Below are positions 1-11,551 of a stretch of DNA of 64,000 nt, one piece after another (the stretch's first letter is position 1; each line of letters starts with the position of its first letter). Where the stretch lies: contig CM022670.1 in the NCBI GenBank assembly GCA_012295275.1, positions 29,140,001 to 29,204,000 on the forward strand, written 5' to 3'. The translations under genes and the position numbers were made by a program. The notes beneath the pieces were generated by a model. It had not been told where the DNA came from. It saw only the letters and a list, made by a program, of their open reading frames with translations, and did no database searches. The stretch comes from Chrysomallon squamiferum. Taxonomy: Eukaryota; Animalia; Mollusca.

Positions 1-289
1 TCTAGGATAAAAATACATTCATGTATAATAAAGATACATATGTATACGTATATGCCTGACAGCACTTTCATTTTAAAAATGCTGAGTCATAAACGTTTAT
101 CGCTTTCTCACGCTTCATAATTTTGTTATTTGATCACGAGTTCTGATAGTGATCGACATCACGTGGTTTTGTTATCTACAAGGACGGTATGTGGAGAGTA
201 CACTTTACGAAAACAAAAACAAAAAAAAACAAAACGGAAAAATAAATCTTTCGTATAACATTCCTAAATACAGTATTAACCAGCCGGGA

Positions 290-1886
290 ATGACATTTGA
301 TTTAATGGCGGTAATAGATGTTGAAATCAAGCATATTCTTATCAATACTGGTACATTTTTAGTTGGACTAATAGTAATATATTCTGTATCACGACGTATA
401 GCCAAAAAGATGACAGGGCGACTTAGAGCCTATTTTATGAACAAATTCTGTAATTCAATCAGTGAAAATGTCAAAAATGAAAAAGCTGTTCTATTCGCAT
501 CAATGACTGAACTAAGAGAAAAAAATGGCACGGATTTACTAATTTGCGAAATTGGTGCCGGAAACGGCACTAATTTTAAATACTACCCACAAGATTCGAA
601 CCTGGTGTGCGTTGAACCCGATAGGTTCAGCAGACCTTATTTGGAAGAAAATATTCGTTTAAAGAATCCAAGTCTAAAGCTGGTAGAACATGTTCATGGC
701 TTCGCAGAAAACATGCCCAGCATCAGAGATAACAGCATCGATGCAGCTGTGTGTACCTGCGTGTTGTGTTCAGTGAGGGACCAGAAGCGAGTTTTATCAG
801 AAGTTTTACGAATACTGAAACCGGTAACGGTAATTTTATTATGTTTGATTAGAATTTAATATACATGTTTATATATTTTTTATTTTATTTTATGTTCGTG
901 TTGTATTTCCGTAATTCGTTCATTTTTATAATTATAATAATTTAAATAAAGAAGTGGGAACTCATGAAAAACATGTAGCCTGCCTCATTGTTAATCACGA
1001 ATAATCCTGTTCCGTATAATGAATGCCATATTTAGTGTTACCAGCTTTTGATCCCAACAATACGGTTATCAACAGTTATCAACAGTGCGGTGATAGGCTA
1101 CTGGTCTACCATGACGAAAGATGAGAATCTTGTATATAAGATTTTGAAATATTTTTATTAAAAAACAACAAACCCAAAACGCACGATATAAATTGGTTTA
1201 TTCAGATTTTGTTTTTATTATTATTATCAAAGATTTTATTTAAAAAATATATAAATCTCTTTTGTAACTGAAACTATATCCACTGATTTATGTCTACAGT
1301 AGCCATTTGAAGTCTACTGACATAGTTGCAATGAAAGACTTAGGCCTCCTCCAGACCCCTCACCCAAATTGTTTTGCCCCACTCTGCTCAGCGATTAAGT
1401 GTTTTTGCCTCATTTCAAAACGAGATGAGTTATGGCCATGGAAGTAAATCTGAACTGGATGATATAAATTCAGCAATAAAAATAATTACCAGATTAAAGT
1501 CTGCCCTGATTATATTTTTATTTATTATTATTTTATTTTATTTTATTTTATTTTTTTTATTTTATTTATTTTTTTTTTTTTTAACTACAAGAGCCAAATT
1601 TTAAACTGTTTTTACAATTTCTACATTTATTTATTTATATATTTTTCAGGATGGTAAATTTTATTTCATGGAACATGTTGAAGACAAACCTGGAACCTTT
1701 CGTTCAAAGATGCAAAACTGGCTTACACCACCCTGGCGATTTGTGGCCAGCAACTGTCATCTGAACAGCAAGGCACGAATTGAGTTGAATGAAGCTGGGT
1801 TCAAATCTGTCAAAATGACAGAATTCATGTATTCAACAATATTTTGGGTCATCAGGCCATGGATCTATGGAGAAGCCACAAAATAG
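290..1886 (+). CDS. METTL7A: METTL7/TMT1-like SAM-dependent (thiol) methyltransferase, 2 coding exons (290-823, 1650-1886)
   Basis: N-terminal hydrophobic anchor (FLVGLIVIYSV), SAM motif I ICEIGAGNGTNFKYYP, and SIDAAVCTCVLCSV..QKRVLSEVLRILKP. GT donor at 824 and AG acceptor at 1648-1649 give the in-frame join LKP|DGKFYFMEHV typical of METTL7 proteins; stop at 1884-1886. Start ATG could be 290 or 305. Confidence 0.88.
1321..1440 (-). mobile_element. Fragment of an interspersed MITE-like family (other copies at 34128-34408 and 34787-35110)
   Basis: Reverse complement reads CATGGCCATAACT...TTTGAAATGAGGCAAAAACACTTAATCGC...AAAACAATTTGGGTGAGGGGTCTGG, matching the two copies near 34-35 kb. Confidence 0.65.
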
Positions 1887-2902
1887 TTGGAATTTGATTT
1901 CAATTACTCAAACAGAATTTTAAATTAGCGTTTAATATTTCAAATAGTTCTGTTGTTTAATATGAGAAGAATTTTTTTGTTCATTTCATTTTCATATGTG
2001 GTTTTAGCAAGAAGTGCCTTTCAATGAAATACATTCATTTCTTTGTATCACACTTTTATTTTCTGTGTTGATATAAAATTAAATAGATGTATTGTGTGTA
2101 TACTTAGAAACATATATATATAAACAGAATGTATATAAATTATCATTTTGAATTTAACATCAAACCCTGTAGTAACTAAAACATATTACCTAATATTTTA
2201 ACTAGTATGAATCAGTAAATTTTGGTAAGTTGTTATGTACCACTACCAGAAAGGCATACCCACTGCATAATTACATGTAGAGATATTTTGATATGATTTT
2301 AAATAATATTTGAAATGTTTTTGTTACAAGACAGCAAATAGCTTAGTTTAATTCTGTTTCTAGGTGAAACAAACTCATTATGAGAACCACATATTCTTAT
2401 ATGATTTGATATGATTTTAAATAACATTTTAAAGTTTTTAGCTATCAGTGTTATTGAAAGGAAATAAAATTATTTTTATAAATATTCTGACCTTTTTTTT
2501 ATTTTATTTTTTGTCGTTGTTGTTGTTTTAGTTTCTATTTTATCTTTCTGCCCAGAAATTGATATTTTTATGTTTTAATCAGGTAAATTTATATTAGCAA
2601 ATATAATTTTATTTTAATAAGTTGTACAATTACAGTTCATAAAAACGTGTAATGTTGTTACAAATGAAAATGAAATTAACTGAAGTGTACCAGTCCTGAA
2701 TAAATTATTTTTTTTTTTTTTTTTTATAATTGGTGACTTAATCATTGCTCAAAACAAGGTATCACAAATAATGCTGATAAAAAATATTTGATTATCAATA
2801 GCTGGACTCGTGACGTTATCGCGTTTCACATGTTTAAACGATAGCTGCACATTTTTTCTTTTCTTTTTCTTTTCTTTCTGGTAACACTACGAAGATCTAG
2901 AC

Positions 2903-3358
2903 CAGGGGTTGGCAACCCTTGGCCCGCAAGGGATTTTAATCTGGCCTGCCAGCTGAACACTTGGACACCAGTTATTATATTAACTTCATTATTTCTTCTT
3001 TTTTTTTCTTCTTCTTCTTTAAACCTCCAGATATATATATATATAAATACAGATCAGGGTTGAGGGGTATACATTTGATATTTTGGCCTGCCTCCAAAAC
3101 ACTGCAAAGTTGACTGCCCCCCTCTCTCCATATATGAGAGGGCCAATTCTAAAGTGATATAATACAACCAAACTTCCAGTTACACTTCGTCTACACCTAC
3201 GAGCGGTTTGTTTACTTAAAGGATTAAAGGATTTCTACATTATATTATAGTAATTACACTTTAACAAAACTCATTTTGTTTTTATATCAAAGTGAGGGAC
3301 ATAAACACTTTTTAGATGTTGAGGTGGGGCATGAAGCAAAAAAGGTTGAGAACCACTG
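2903..3358. mobile_element. Degenerate hAT (Charlie-like) MITE or two adjacent hAT fragments
   Basis: Ends CAGGGGTTGGCAACC and GGTTGAGAACCACTG are hAT-type TIRs. Flanks ATCTAGAC / TTCTAGAG fit the NTCTAGAN target preference but are not identical. Confidence 0.45.
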
Positions 3359-3953
3359 TTCTAGAGTAAATAGGTCCTGGTACTCAACGTTAAGACTCCA
3401 GAAATATGATATTACATTTGGTTGCTAGATTTGCAACAAAACAAAAATGAATAATAATAAATAAAGGTAAATTGACAACATACATAATAAAATTTTATTT
3501 AGTTTCTCAGGATCACCGAAAGTAATCTCATTTAAGAGCTGTATTTTGTAATTGTTATAAACTTAATGTGTAAATTCATATGAAATATATTTTGCATTCT
3601 AATAATTATAACAGATAAAATTCAAATAAATACAAACAATGACCTTGGTGTCATTATAGTTAAGGCTGCGGACTTGTAATATATGAATAATGCCAAAAGC
3701 ATTTGTCATTTGATGAACTGAATAAATGTGATACGGATAAAGTCATATCCATTTATTACTTTTTTAAATAATCCAAAATTTCCAGTTTTTTCGTTAAAAT
3801 ATTATTTATTGAGGAGGAATATAAAAATATATAACGGATTTTGTATGTGACTGCAAATGTCAGAAACTTATGTTCTATAATTTTTTTTTTTTTAATCTTT
3901 GATTTTTTACCCTTTTAATAATATTCAAAATATATTAAATATTAAATACATTA

Positions 3954-3971
3954 ATTATTATTATTATTATG

Positions 3972-4025
<54 letters not shown>
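3954..4025. repeat. (ATT)n microsatellite
   Basis: Direct reading; similar (AAT)n tracts at ~5740-5797, ~9600-9720, ~28923-28985 and ~62147-62195. Confidence 0.9.
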
Positions 4026-4531
4026 TATAAATTATGTTATATAAACCTGTTTTGTTCTGTTTCAGGTAATTAATAATATTAAGCGGAAATTGTATAGCAT
4101 CACTAATACTGGATTTCGGTAAAATGTTTACACCTGTTCACTACTATAATAATTTGCTTTGTGCATTTTCGGTCTGTAAGCTTCAGGGTCACAATTTAAA
4201 AAGGTAAGTCTGATGGTAAAAACAAAAATAAAGCATGAATTATATCTAATTATTTGTATTTGACTGTTTTATACAGAAATCACAACCACAAACAAATGAA
4301 AAGTACAAACAAAATAAACTTGAGGAGCTGTGAATGAACTATTACATATCTATTTTCGAAATGACGTCGCTGTATTTTTCTGTCAGTGTCATACTTTATT
4401 ATTAACAAACGGTATTATTCATTAAATAATGCAAACTGTTGTACTCATAATGTATACCACCTACGTTATACAAACGTTAAAAAATTAAATTTACCTAACT
4501 TGTTTGGAATTTTATGACACACTTTCAGTTG

Positions 4532-5131
4532 TTAAGTATCACATAAGACAATATGACGGTCACTTCTTACATCGACATCTGGTTCTGCATCGTATTCGAA
4601 ACCTTCATTACTATATTTATGGACAGAATTGTCTTCAACATTATCAAAATCATGTTTGCTGTTCCCCCCAGGCAGGTATTTGGAGAAGTTACGTTTCGGG
4701 GATCGATTCAGATGGACACTGAACACAGCGACAACAGCGATGATAGCTCCTGAACCTAACAAAATAACGGCGACAATCCAAGCCAAGTTTTTCATATTTC
4801 CAGCATTAAGTTGTGTTAGGTTCATCACAGTGATTGATTTCAGCACTTCAGTTTGGGGATTATTCGTTGTTGTTGGATGAACAGAGGTAGTTTTCTTAGT
4901 TGGATGTGAACTGGTTTTGACAGGTGAGTTTGCTCCTGGTGTTGATAATTTTGTGTGAGGTGACGGAACTGATGAAGTTTGTGTTAAATAAGCATTTTCA
5001 CCTGATGAGAAATTTGACGAAGTATTCACAGTAGTAGCTACAGAAATAACAGCTGATGTAACATATGTCATTCCCTTTGACGATAGCTGTTGAATCAGAA
5101 GAACAACGAATAAGAATTCTTTAAAATCCAT
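4532..5131 (-). CDS. Uncharacterised single-pass (type I) mucin-like membrane protein, 199 aa, intronless CDS
   Basis: Uninterrupted ORF in very AT-rich surroundings. Signal peptide (MDFKEFLFVVLLIQQLSSKG), Ser/Thr/Pro-rich ectodomain with N-glycosylation sequons (NTS, NFS, NLT), TM helix LAWIVAVILLGSGAIIAVVAVFSV, acidic tail with YSNEGFEYD. Confidence 0.75.
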   Translation of the reverse strand: MDFKEFLFVVLLIQQLSSKGMTYVTSAVISVATTVNTSSNFSSGENAYLTQTSSVPSPHTKLSTPGANSPVKTSSHPTKKTTSVHPTTTNNPQTEVLKSITVMNLTQLNAGNMKNLAWIVAVILLGSGAIIAVVAVFSVHLNRSPKRNFSKYLPGGNSKHDFDNVEDNSVHKYSNEGFEYDAEPDVDVRSDRHIVLCDT

Positions 5132-5736
5132 AGCAAAATTCTGTATTTCACAAACAGATCACTAAAATGTTTTTATTATTATTATTTTAAAGAAATAACA
5201 GTTAAAACCTTTTCTTTGTCGCTATACTGAACACAACTCACAAATGTTCACAGTACTAGGAAGTTACTGATAACATTAACATGATAACGTATACGTTTTG
5301 TTAATCAGACTTTGGTAAACCTTTTAAACAGGCCCAATGATATCACCTTACAGTGCTATTTTAAGATAATATAAATGAATAAGCTTATAAATTATTTATT
5401 TAGTGGATAGTATTTGCTTGTTGGTGTACGTAGTATGCATACTACATATATGGATATTATTTCTGTTTATGTATGTGCAATACATTTGTATTATTACACG
5501 TATGATATGTTCGTGCATGTACACGACTATGTAACCTGGAGAGTAACCTTCTTTTCTTGTGTCTGTCTGTTAATACAACATGCAATGCAACGAACACACC
5601 AGTCACGCCATGACACATGCAATACAAAAATATGTCATAAAATAAAATATGACGAAAAAAAAGGTGCAATATAACTTTTTATTTATTAATTTTCTATTTA
5701 TTTACATATTGTTATTTTATTATTATTATTTAAAAG

Positions 5737-5798
<62 letters not shown>

Positions 5799-6223
5799 TG
5801 ATGTTGTTATTTAATAAATTATTATTACTTTACCACTGCTAAGTTCCACAGAAAATGGACATTAATGAATCTTAATAGACATTCGTTTATTTCATTTATT
5901 CATTTGATTTTTCACTACTAATATGTATTATAGGAATCTATTTATCTTTGTTTACTGATGTCTATTATTTTATTAATACATTTTATCATGTTGTAGTAAA
6001 CATCCACATCTGGTGCGGTTCCAAAGTTATGGGTTAGGATGACCTTTTCTTACGACAACAAAAAGCAACAATACTAAAATGGCTTAGTCCCATCTGGTAG
6101 AATCCCATTTTGTAGAAAGGCTAAATGTGGTTCAGTGGTCTTATTGACATGCTTGGTTTTACCTCAGTCATTATAATGAACTGCTCCAGATTATTTGGAA
6201 AGCGATTTTGTATTGTATAAATA

Positions 6224-6888
6224 CAGTAATATCTCGCTTAACGATATCACGCTTTAACAATCTTTCTTCTTTACAAATTATATTAATAGAAATTTAATTT
6301 AATAGTTAATTGCTCGAAATAAATGATACAAATGTATACAATGCATATTTTTAAGTCCGTTTTCTTTAATTTTTCGTTCATTCACGAGCTTCTCTCAGCT
6401 GTGTTGATCAGTTGATACGTCATACGTGCATCTGATATTCTGATTCTCTTTTGTCTTCTGCTTCAATTTAGATTTAAACTCGTTTGTAATTTACCCTTCC
6501 AATATGTCAAAACGAATAACACGATACCGGCAAATGCTGATGATAAAAAGAAACGGAAGACAATAACTTTAGAAACAAAATACATTATCTTAAATGAAAC
6601 CAAACCCACAATGAGCGGCATATAATTATTTCTTAATGTATTTGTATAAATTGATTTGTAAATGATTTACTGTTTACTTAATAACTACAATCTATTAAAT
6701 CATTTATGTCTAAACTGCCATTTTATATCTCCTTATTTCACCTTTTTTTTTATGTCAGATCTCATCAGCAAGAAAGTAACCACTGCTTTTAACCTTAATT
6801 CTATGTAAATTAGTCTCTGGCTTAACGATACCTCACTTCACTATAGAAAATTTGGAACCAATTACATCTTTAATCTGAGGTATTATTG
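6224..6888 (+). mobile_element. Tigger/pogo-like deletion derivative nested in the MULE
   Basis: TA|CAGTAATATCTCGCTTAACGAT ... ATCTTTAATCTGAGGTATTATTG|TA (degenerate TIRs, TA TSD). Internal piece at ~6545-6595 translates KKKRKTITLETKYIILNE, like the N-terminal HTH-psq start of Tigger/pogo transposases. Confidence 0.7.
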
Positions 6889-7023
6889 TAGTATGGATAT
6901 TGCTTATCACATAAAGTATGCAAATATGACAAATATCGAAATAATCCATGTATCGAATGTAGTGAATATAAATAATTAAAAAAGAAGGTATTCATCTAAA
7001 CAAATTTATTTTCCAAAAAGCTA

Positions 7024-8398
7024 TCAATGCAACTTCATGAGGTGACCAATGGCATCCAGGTACTGCATGGGTGTCTTGATTCTGTCAGTCAGCTGCTGCT
7101 TGAGTCGACTGACTCTGTTGTCAAGATCACGATAGACTCTCTTCCTTGGTGGTGGCGCAGCCCCAGCATTCAACTGCACCAGCTTCACTCTTTCGCATTT
7201 CTCAATGCCCTTTATCAAATCAACAAATCTGTAGATGTTCGGATGTCGATGAGGAAGCATCCTGTTGATCCGCGAATGGAAGCCTTCCAGATTGTTGTTC
7301 GTTCTTGGGCCAGCATTGGTGAAATGATTCCACATGACAAGAGGAAATCGTGCATCATCATCCACCCATGTTTTCACTACATAATCGTTGAATTCTGCAG
7401 CTCTGGGTACTGCTGGGGTTGGTTTCCATTCCATCCAACCATGTGTTCTGGACCTCGATGATCGGAAGTAGTGGCAGACCAGCAGCTCTTCTCATCCAGG
7501 TTTTCACGGCATTATCGTTCTTATACAGTTCGGCTAGGCCTATCTGTTGGATCTTGCACCAAATGGCCTGTATGTAGTGGAATGTGCAGCCTTTGATATC
7601 TGCATTAGGAAACGACTGTTCCACTGCACGGATAGCTGCCATTTCAAAGTCTGTTTGTACACAAGTTGGATCCAATACTCGACTGAACAGGTGCTGAACA
7701 TGGGTCTTCAGGTTCTCAAACAGACGGAAGTAGTTGGTAGTCTGTTGGTCTGGAAGCAAGGCATACGCCAATGGGTAGGTCGTGTCATCTTTACGAGCAT
7801 GCAGAATGTAGAGTTGGTTCTAGAGATGTGGACAGCAGGAGAATGTACCATCCATATAGATTTTGTCCGCTTCTTGGAGAAGCCTCAGTTGATTTACTGT
7901 AGAGAAGACAACCATCTTATCTGCATCACCATCACTGAATAGCAAAAATCTCTTGCCGTCATGTGTTTGCGACCACGGACCCTGCAGATCGACGTCTTGG
8001 AGTGTCTGTGGGAGAGTAGGCATCATGGTTCGTCGCTGTCGATACACTGAACTCCTGAGGCTGGGAAAAGTGGGGATTTCAGGGATGTCTTCATCATCTT
8101 CCTTCATTAGCTCGGAATTGAAGATCTGTTGCATAGGTGTTGTTTCGGATCGTGCTCTCCTTCTCATTGTACTAATGAATTTGATGGTAGTTGCATTATT
8201 TGGAGGATGGTCATGACCGAAGCTGTTTTTAACAAAACCAGCAACTGTGGTGATCTTGCCGAAACAGGGTCTGTTGGTGCATCTCCAGTACTGGGTTTCT
8301 TCGTTAATACGATTTTGACTGTACGTATAACCATCTAACAGAATGTGTTGTTTTCCATGACTTGACAGTACAAATTCTACCTTGCATAAACCTGCCAT
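7024..8398 (-). pseudogene. FLYWCH + MULE DDE transposase, disrupted by one in-frame stop (7820-7822) and one frameshift (~7420-7435)
   Basis: FLYWCH-type zinc finger (LDGYTY..YWRCTNRPCFGKI..HDH); MULE motifs IYMDGTF, AYALLP, VQTDFEMA, GCTFHYIQAIW, WNHF..PRTNNNLEGFH. ORFs 7820-8464 and 7358-7771 are in the same frame across PHL*NQLY. Confidence 0.9.
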
Positions 8399-9597
8399 TG
8401 TCACTAAGTTAGCTGAATCTATATAACGTCTGTCCTGTACGAGTGTAAAACTGATCTTCTCCAACCAAAACGCAACCTCTCCTTTTATTGCCTAGAAAAG
8501 ACCACTTAGGGGTCTCTTTAACATTCCTGTCCAGGGAGTGGTGCCAAGATTGTTTGGAACTTTAGCAGACACACAGGCGACAGAGGGTCCCCCAAAACAA
8601 CATTTCGCCATCACTTGTATAATTTTTAAGGAATCTAACATCAATTACCTATTAAAATGAGACTGTTGTCTCAGTCACAATACTCCAGAGGCCATGGAGA
8701 ACATATATTTGTAAATAAACCATTGTCCATCTGTAATGAAAGTTTTATAAACAGTTTTATTCACAAAACACCATGGAAAAAACCATGAAAAATATGAAGT
8801 CTACTTCCCATTACTCTGTCTTCATTCTGCAGTGATAACATTACAGCAAGAAGCGATTCAGGTTTGAAACGAACGATGTGCAGATATTGTTATATAATGG
8901 CAATACACGTAAAATAATAACTGGTATCACACACAACTTTATTCCATATCACAAATATTAACAATACCTCTTTCATCTCGATTCAGATAATCGTGTGTTC
9001 CTGCATGATGAATAAATCCAAGTGCAAATATTAAAATAAAACTGTCCAGGCCTAAGGACAATGTGTTTAGTACAAAAAATAAAAAATAAATAAAACTAAA
9101 AAAATAATAATAAAAAAAAGTATTCCCAATGATTTGGTCCTTCATATAAACTTTTTCAGTCATAGCTAAAGTATTTGCAGTTCAGACTATTAATATACTA
9201 TGTCACATATATTGTATAATATGTGCACAATGTGAATATGTATGTATGCATAACGTAAATATGATCAGTAACAGATATCTTGAACATGTTTAAGTTGAAT
9301 ATGGTTGAATTCGAACAGTTAATGATAGATGTAACATTCACATATTCTATTTACTGAATATAAGTAAATTACTCGCATGTAAAATATGTTAGTTATTTAT
9401 AATATTTTTGTCGTTTTCTTTTACAGAAGCAAGCCATAAGCATTAATAAAAACACATCGTGCCGCTTTTTACTTTTCTTTTATTTATTTATTATTTTTTT
9501 TAATAGATATATGAAATTGATGTAAAATTGTTTATTATTGGTCGCTTGTTTTGTAACGGAAAGGAAATGTTTATGAATTAGAAATGACCACCTTAAA

Positions 9598-9631
<34 letters not shown>

Positions 9632-10461
9632 GTAACAGTAATTATAATAAGAAGAATAAGAAGAATAACAATAATAATAATAATAACAACAATAATAATA
9701 TTATAATAACAATAATAATGTTGATGATGATAATGAGAAGGAGGAAGATGATGAAATAATGAAAAAGTAACAAATCAACAACAAATGAGTTGTGAATGCT
9801 TATTCTGCTTTCGGTTGATGTTACATAATCGATTTAGGAACAATGCGCTCCGTCTCTGAATGTTAGAAAGAAACCAGATGTATGCACAGGCCAAGTTCAT
9901 TATACACAGAGGTAATCTGGTATTGCGGTAAACCAGCTTTTTCTACGAAATGGGAATTATACGAACTGGGAATTCTACCAAATGGGAAGACACCACTAAA
10001 ATATGGATCCAGTCCAAGAAAATTCGATATGTTTATATTAAGAGCAGAGGTTTAAAATAAACAAACAAATAAATATCAAACAAGGAAGCAAATAAATAAA
10101 TAAAAAATAATAATAAAATAAAAATAATTAATGTACATTTTATTTCAGATTAGAATTTGAATAAAAATTATAACAAAAAATAAATATTATACGTTCTTAA
10201 TTTTGTTCTTTTATCTAATTCAAATTATATACAAATTATTAATATAATTTCATTACTTTATTTAAAATAATAATAATAATAATAATAAAGTTTTTAACTT
10301 CATTTTATTTATTTTCATTTATTTATTTACTGACATCAGATCACATATCGTCTTGTCACATTTTATTTTTAAAAAAGAAAGAAAAAAAAAGTAAAATTAT
10401 CAAGATTATCTTTTAGAGTTACTTTCCGTTATAATTCTGTTTTCTCATTGCTAAAACGATC

Positions 10462-10463
<2 letters not shown>

Positions 10464-10502
<39 letters not shown>
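10464..10502. repeat. (TG)n microsatellite
   Basis: Direct reading; other (TG/CA)n tracts at ~26242-26292, ~34409-34451 and ~62549-62591; (CT)n at ~55878-55925. Confidence 0.9.
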
Positions 10503-10503
<1 letters not shown>

Positions 10504-11551
10504 GAAACAACTGCATTTACCTGTGAACGGAAGGTATCGAACATGGAGTCTAGGCAACATGACATCATAACTGCAGCCACGTACACCGGTGACACCATTG
10601 GTAACAATGGTCACCGCTATAAACTTACTTTTCTTCTTCTTTTTTTTTTTTTTTTTTGCACATTTTCGATGCTTTGATTTGCAATCGATAATCCTTAAGG
10701 CCAAGAATGAGTATCTTTTCTGTTTTATGTACTATGCTCCAACATTTTCCTTAGATGTTTACAGATGTTTTCCAGTCATATGTCGCTGCACTTGGGCGGT
10801 CTAGTTTCATAAATGTGCACTCCTTCACAGCATACTTTTATAAACAGGAAAATAACCTAAATATGTTACAAGAAATACTCAATACTAGGAGTGATGTGAC
10901 ACTCGCTATTTGGTTACTTCTCTACAACTCCCTAAAATTAAAATTAAAATTAAAATCTTACAAATTACCGTTAGCAGTTACGAACAGTACTGCTATGTCA
11001 GTACCAGCATAAAAAAAAAATAAAAATAAAAATAAATAGTTACTATACATTTAAAAATATATACAACTAGTCACGTATGGAACTAATCATTTTCCTTTTT
11101 CTATCATATTATTTATTTATTTTGTTTCGAACGTTCAGTCAGCCAAAATTACAAAATATATATATAATAATAAAAAAATAATAATTATAAAATAAAGAAG
11201 CAACAACAGGTCAGTGTGTAAACAAGGTCATTAATAAATCGCTGATTAAAATATTTTAAATGTTCTAAAGTAAAGAAGAAAAAATATATATATATATATG
11301 TATGTATGTATATATCAAAAAGTACAAATAATGATAATACACTTAACAACATACAATTTTTTTAGTCACGAATGGAGAACGCTTAACAATACCCTCAGGA
11401 AATAAGAAAAAACCCACAAAAAAACATTGTATTTATAATATTCTGTAATAACGGTTATTTTCGCGAACTAGCCTCTTACAAAATTTTCTAACAGCCATAC
11501 GTATATCACTTAACATTGTATTAAATCTGCGAATAAATCAATCATTCAGAA

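Larger units (their letters stand above)
6081..9994 (-). mobile_element. Full-length Mutator-superfamily (Phantom-like, FLYWCH-MULE) DNA transposon
   Basis: 8-bp TSD ACTAAAAT at 6073-6080 and 9995-10002. Imperfect TIRs GGCTTAGTCCCATCTGGTAGAATCCCATTTTGTAGAAA versus (rc) GGTGTCTTCCCATTTGGTAGAATTCCCAGTTCGTATAATTCCCATTTCGTAGAAA. Internal transposase present; boundaries confirmed by the second copy at 38756-40318. Confidence 0.92.

Noticed and set aside
149-289. N-terminal extension of the METTL7 ORF from a GTG start
   Set aside because: Non-ATG start in a eukaryote, running through A-rich 5' UTR-like sequence.
2286-2430. Repeated TTTGATATGATTTTAAATAA word ~118 bp apart
   Set aside because: Old local duplication in AT-rich 3' flank; no functional indication.
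7027-8338. Plus-strand ORFs (7027-7461, 7547-7942, 7953-8216, 8129-8338)
   Set aside because: Antisense shadows of the GC-richer MULE transposase; no recognisable motifs.
10419-10804. Several short ORFs and a small hairpin at 10588-10615
   Set aside because: ORFs derive from (TG)n and poly-T tracts; the hairpin is short and imperfect, with no other support.
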